Positions 58,473 through 64,000 of a DNA stretch of 64,000 bases are shown here, one piece after another. The DNA comes from Eledone cirrhosa. Taxonomy: Eukaryota. Position 1 is the first letter of the stretch; each line of letters starts with the position of its first letter. The notes beneath the pieces are model-generated. The model was not told where the DNA came from, did no database searches, and saw nothing but the letters and a program-made list of their open reading frames with translations. The translations under genes and the position numbers were made by a program. The DNA is taken from contig OZ024741.1 in NCBI GenBank assembly GCA_964016885.1, forward strand, positions 248,001 through 312,000, read 5' to 3'.

Positions 58473-58484
58473 CATACATATATA

Positions 58485-58897
58485 TATGGTGGCTGCCAAC
58501 TCGTTTTCGAGTACGGCCACTACTTTATATCCATGTATGAGAATCCCTACCGATGCGCTGAACGAGTGTGACTTTTTAGTCCAGCCTGCGACATGAAAAC
58601 TCTGGTACAAACACTACACTTGTGACAATTATTGACACATAGTGCTGGGCCCATGGTACCATGTGACGACAAGTGCAGAGATATCTCCAGATATAAAGCA
58701 ATGTCTGTGCCGTGAAGCTTTTATAGTGAGCAAAGTCACTGCACAAAGCCAGTCCCACTCTCTTAACCAAGATGATATTTACCAAAAAGAAGAACAAGTC
58801 AACATCATTGGATACCATCAGGGTTGCAGGTGTTATATCAGAGTTTTCCTTCTCCTAGAATTCTGCCTTGACAAAGGCTAAGGGGTCATCTCTCCCA
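58485..58897 (-). mobile_element. 5'-truncated second copy of the bipartite RTE derivative
   Basis: Reverse complement of ~48673-49085 with scattered substitutions. Confidence 0.88.
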
Positions 58898-58986
58898 GAC
58901 ATATATATATACATACATATATACATACATATATATATACATACATATATAAATACATACATATATATATACATACATATATAAAT

Positions 58987-59054
<68 letters not shown>

Positions 59055-59256
59055 GTATTTATATATATATGTATATATTTATATATATGTCTGTATGCGT
59101 GTCTATATGTATCTAACTATATATGTGTGTGTGTGTAAAATTAACCCTAATTCACACAGTATACACACACACACACATACAGACTACACACACATACATA
59201 TGTATATATATATATATATCCGTATATGGTTGACTGCTGAGAGAAAAGAGTACTCA

Positions 59257-59331
<75 letters not shown>

Positions 59332-59680
59332 ATGTGTGTGTGTGTGTAGTCATTTTATTAAGGCTAAATAATGAGCCTTGTTACTCTGGAGTTAAACTGA
59401 ATATTAAAACTATTTCTGTATTGAGTACTCTTAGCCGTCAACCATATACGGATATATCTATAAATACACACACACACATACACACACACACACACACATA
59501 TATATAATTTAGTTTCAACATAGCTATACACAGGGATGTATGTGAATTTAGAATATCTAAAGATATACGACGCTGGCCGTCAGCCTTTCAATATTCATAG
59601 TTTGGCTTTCAAAATGTTTATTATTAGATATACGAAATTATCACACACACACACATACACACACACATACACACACACAC

Positions 59681-59768
<88 letters not shown>

Positions 59769-59880
59769 GTAGGTCCCGGGTTGAGTCGGGGATAACCACA
59801 GTAAGTAAGGTACTCAATACATGGCAGAGTAAAATTTTTTTATTTTATAGAAGGAGCTTCTACAGGACTAGTACTGTTTC

Positions 59881-60803
59881 AAACCTAATGAATCCCTTAG
59901 ATATATAGACATTAATTCAAACCACCCCAAAAATATATTAGACAACCTAGTAAAAAGTGTCTCCATTAGGATATCTAGCCTCGCCGCCAATGAAGATATC
60001 TTTAGAGCAGCAGCCCCCTATTACAACGAGGCCCTGGCCCGCAGCGGCTTTAGAGATAAGATCACCTACCTTACTATAGCCCCACGCCCACCCAGGAATA
60101 ATAGGCGAAGGCACATTAGCTGGTACAACCCCCCCCCCCCCCCTTCAACCGAGAAGTTTCAACACCTGTAGCTAAAATTTTCTTCACTCTCTTACAAAAA
60201 CACTTCCCCACCCAACATAGGTACTATATTATCCTTAATAAGAATACCATTAGACTCTCTTACTCTACCACACCTAATCTAGCCAGAAACTTAGCCAACA
60301 ACAACATCAAGAAGCTAAATAAGTCTACTTTTTCCGAAGCCCATCCAGCAACCGATAGCAACTGCAATTGCCCTGATAAGACGACCTGCCCTCTCAACAA
60401 CTGTCTAAAAAAAGATCTCGTGTATATATGCGATGTACTCTCAGGCCCCGATGAAAAAAGAAACTCGTACATCGGGATGACTTCTAATAGTTTTAAGACT
60501 CGCTGGTACGCCCACACACATTCGTTCCGGCGCCCAGACAAATCTAACCAAACTACACTCGCCGCCCACATCTGGCACCTAAAAAGGAACTCCATCCCCT
60601 TCAAGACCCAATGGAGACTACTCCAGAGAGCGCGATCCTACACGGGAGGCCATAATTGCTGTGACCTCTGTATCTCCGAGAGCTATGAGATTCTATTCGC
60701 CAAAGGCCCTCTCCTCAACAAGATCTCGGAACACTCCCCTAATTGCATGCACAAGAACTATGCAAATTACAAAAACTACAGACCCCCCCGGCCCCCCGAC
60801 TGA
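59881..60803 (+). pseudogene. Naiad-type RT thumb + GIY-YIG fragment
   Basis: KPNESLRYI..SNHP, YYNEAL.RSG, WYNPP, CNC..CPL, LVYIC, YIGMTS..FK.RW, HIWHLK, CDLCISE. Confidence 0.9.
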
Positions 60804-61769
60804 CCCCCCCCTCATATCACCACACCACCCCAGCCCCCCTTCCCATTTCCGTCCCTCCATCTCTCATTATTACCCTCTTTCCTCCCCTCTATCTCTCATT
60901 ATTACCTTCTTTCCTCCCCTCCAGGTCTTATATATTGTGTTGTATGCCTCTGAGTAAAGTTCCGTGGCCGCACACACAAATTCACGTATATACCTGCTCA
61001 TGTTTGCATACGTGCAGTTATGAACTGCTGCACGCACACGTTCATGATTTATTTATCTATTTAACTTGTATATTTATTTAGTTATATATTTATTTATTTA
61101 TTTAGTTACTTTATTTACTTATTTATTTATTTATTTATTAATTTATGAGTGAATGATTAGGTATTGAATAGATAAAGGATAAAAGATAGGTAACGAATAG
61201 TGAATGGTAAATAGTAAGTAATAAATAATAAATAGTAATTAATTACTTGATGATACTATTAATAACTTAATAGTGACATTAATTATTTTAATCCTCTATC
61301 AGGCCCAGTTTAAAATTTAAAATTTAAAATTTGTCCCACTACCTTTATATTATAGACACATGTATGAGTGCGAACGAGTGCGTGTTTGTGCATATGCGTT
61401 TGTGTACTTATATGTATGTATGTATGTGTATGTATGCGTGTTTGCTTGTAAATGTGTATGCGTGTGTATGTATATACGTATATATGTGTGTGTGTGTGTG
61501 TGTATGTATATGTATGTATATATATATATATATGTATATGTATAGGTATATATATGAGATTATGTATGTGTGTGTGTATGTGTATATATGTATATATATG
61601 TGTGAATGTATGTGTTTGTGTGTGTGTGTGTATGTATGTGTATGTATGTGTATGTATGTGTGTGCAAATGTATGTATGTGTATGTATAGTATAGTTTACA
61701 CGAGAGAGACATACGTACTTGTAGGTGTGTATATATATATATATATATGTGTATGTATGCATATATATG

Positions 61770-61800
<31 letters not shown>

Positions 61801-61974
61801 GTATGCGCGCGTGTGTATGTGTAGATATATATATATGTGTGTGTATGTGTATGCGTGTGTGTGTGTATATTTGTGTGTTTGTGTTTTTCCTGTGTATATA
61901 TGTATATATGTGTATGTATGTGTGTGTGTGTATATGTATGTGTGTGTGTGTGTGTGTATGTGTATGCGCACACA

Positions 61975-62030
<56 letters not shown>

Positions 62031-62592
62031 TGTGTATATGTGTGTGAATGTGTAGGTGTGCACACACACACACACATATGTATATATGTATGTATATATA
62101 TATAAGTATATATGTATGTGTGTGTGTAAGTGTTTTTGTATGTGGTTGTGAGTATGTAAATATATTTTATTCTTTCCATCCTACTAAAACACTCTGGCCA
62201 CCTGTGGCTTGTATGTTAACTTGACCACTCACCCCAGTCTGTGCCATGATTCGGTCTTGTTAAATGCTTAATTTCTATTACAAACCCACCTAAAAAATTT
62301 CCCTACTATATATCTGTTGAATTACTATTCTTGGGGTTTTTATTTATTTATTTTTTATTTATTTCTTTATTTATTTTCTTTATTTATTCATTTATCTATT
62401 TATTTATTCATTTATTTATTTACTTATTTATTTATTTCAAAAAAGCACTCTGGCTAATTGACCACTCCCCATAGAAAAAACGGCCTGTGCCATGAAGTGG
62501 TCCTGTGTATCTAAATACCCCCCCCCCCCCATCCACCAACCCTCCCTTGCCACTACCTAAATGTATAAATACCAGAACTTAATATGACACCC

Positions 62593-62643
62593 AGCTTCCT
62601 GAAGATTTCATCTGAATGAAACAGTACTAGTCCTGTAGAAGCT
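62593..62643 (+). ncRNA. Type I hammerhead ribozyme
   Basis: Stem I AGCTTC/GAAGCT; CTGAAGA; short stem II TTCA/TGAA; GAAA; stem III CAG/CTG; GUA triplet. Confidence 0.8.
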
Positions 62644-62657
62644 ACTTCTATAAAATA

Positions 62658-62743
<86 letters not shown>

Positions 62744-62802
62744 ATAAAATATAGAGAAAAATACTGATATATATATATATTTATATATATATATGTATAT
62801 AT

Positions 62803-62996
62803 ATAACGAAGGAAGTGTGGTAAGGAACCAGGTGGACCATAACGCACCAGAGTACTCGATACTTTGAGTAGTAGAGTGGGTAATAGGAAAAGAGTCAGGA
62901 CCCTGACGGCAGAGCTCAAGCCGTTTCGACGGCTATTTCTGGACTGATTTAGCCGTCGAAACGTCTTCAGCTCAGCCGTCGGGTTCTGACTCTTTT

Positions 62997-63000
<4 letters not shown>
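62803..63000. mobile_element. Miniature PLE-tail foldback related to the 12300-12437 tail
   Basis: 62803-62946 is the reverse complement of a variant of 12299-12437. 62950-63000 is a direct partial copy (AGCCGTCGAAAC..CCGTCGGG). Confidence 0.8.
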
Positions 63001-63067
<67 letters not shown>

Positions 63068-63280
63068 TTAAAGGTTTTAAATGTAGTGCCACTCTAAATT
63101 CTGTAATGAATGTTGACCCACAATATTTGCATATGTATCGGTATGTCTCTTGGCTGAAAAGGAGGTCATATAACTGTCCATTCATTAATAAATTGCTCCG
63201 AAGAATCCAAACCTCGGTTTGGAGGAAACAGCTGTAAGCACAATAATGTTTTGAACAGTTCTTTGATTCTTATATTTCAT

Positions 63281-63325
<45 letters not shown>

Positions 63326-64000
63326 TAAAACATGTCTATAGAAGCGCCAGATAATATATATACCGTTTCCTCTCCCAATTAGTATAATTAACCATATAAA
63401 AAATCAATTAGACCAAGCTATAAGAATAAAGGCTCCTATGAAGAAATCTCCGACAAATAACCGAAAGCACCCCTTCGCGGCGGTTACGACGGATTATTTA
63501 TCGAATATTTCTACAGCATGTATAAATCGACCAGATATACAGTCAACTAAACAGAATTAGGTGTAAATAAACTAGAAGAAAGTGTACATATTTAATTACC
63601 TCTACCATGGTTTCATTCGCATTTTAAGACATCCGATAACATTGGAAATTTAGAGCTTCGGATTCTTCAGGAAGTTAGCTCAAATTTAGACAATTAATTT
63701 TCAAAAGTGATCGCGCCAAGAATACATTCAAAAATGGCTAAGAATCGTGACGTGGCAGCGGTCAAGTTAGAAAGGATGTGATTAGTTGCTTACGGCTGGT
63801 AGGCTTTTTGCTAGAAAGCGCAGCCCAATACAGCCAAAATTGTATCTCAACCTAACGGGAGATTATTACATATACAGGTTTACATATATATATATATATA
63901 TATAAAGTCATAAATATATATGTGTTTTGCAACGGGTCACTTTGTGGCTCAATGAAGAATTAATAAATTAAATAATCAGAGCTATATATCATAAAACATG

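Larger units (their letters stand above)
59769..62665 (+). mobile_element. Third Naiad-type PLE: inverted tail (59769-59881), truncated ORF, long 3' UTR
   Basis: GAGCTTCTACAGGACTAGTACTGTTTCA at 59854-59881 is the reverse complement of 62617-62643. Flanked by (TA)n. Confidence 0.85.

Noticed and set aside
63317-64000. Possible ~666-bp tandem unit (TATATATCATAAAACATG at 63317 and 63983)
   Set aside because: Only 18 bp of the second copy is visible before the window ends.

Overview
Eukaryotic, gene-poor, microsatellite-rich DNA. The repeat content (tRNA-head SINEs, RTE LINEs, long (TA)n/(CA)n tracts) suggests an invertebrate, probably an octopus (inference, no search run). I found no intact host protein-coding gene; most ORFs in the track are microsatellite translations. 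Bases 501-30045 are a near-perfect 14.77-kb tandem duplication. The window is a nest of decayed mobile elements: at least five Penelope-like elements (PLEs; Naiad- and Neptune-type RT/GIY-YIG), a hAT transposon carrying a nested 1.33-kb foldback element with an 8-bp TSD, a near full-length R4/Dong LINE ending in (TAA)n, three RTE LINEs plus a non-autonomous RTE derivative, a CRE fragment, MITE-like foldbacks and an LTR-like insert. The most notable structure lies in the non-coding PLE tails. Four PLEs are 5'-truncated and capped by an inverted copy of their own 3' tail, they sit in (TA)n, several carry type I hammerhead ribozymes, and otherwise dissimilar tails share a TATTGAGTAC motif shortly before the 3' end. 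A pseudoknot-like fold in the R4/Dong 5' UTR is also a candidate new RNA element. I cannot confirm novelty without database searches.
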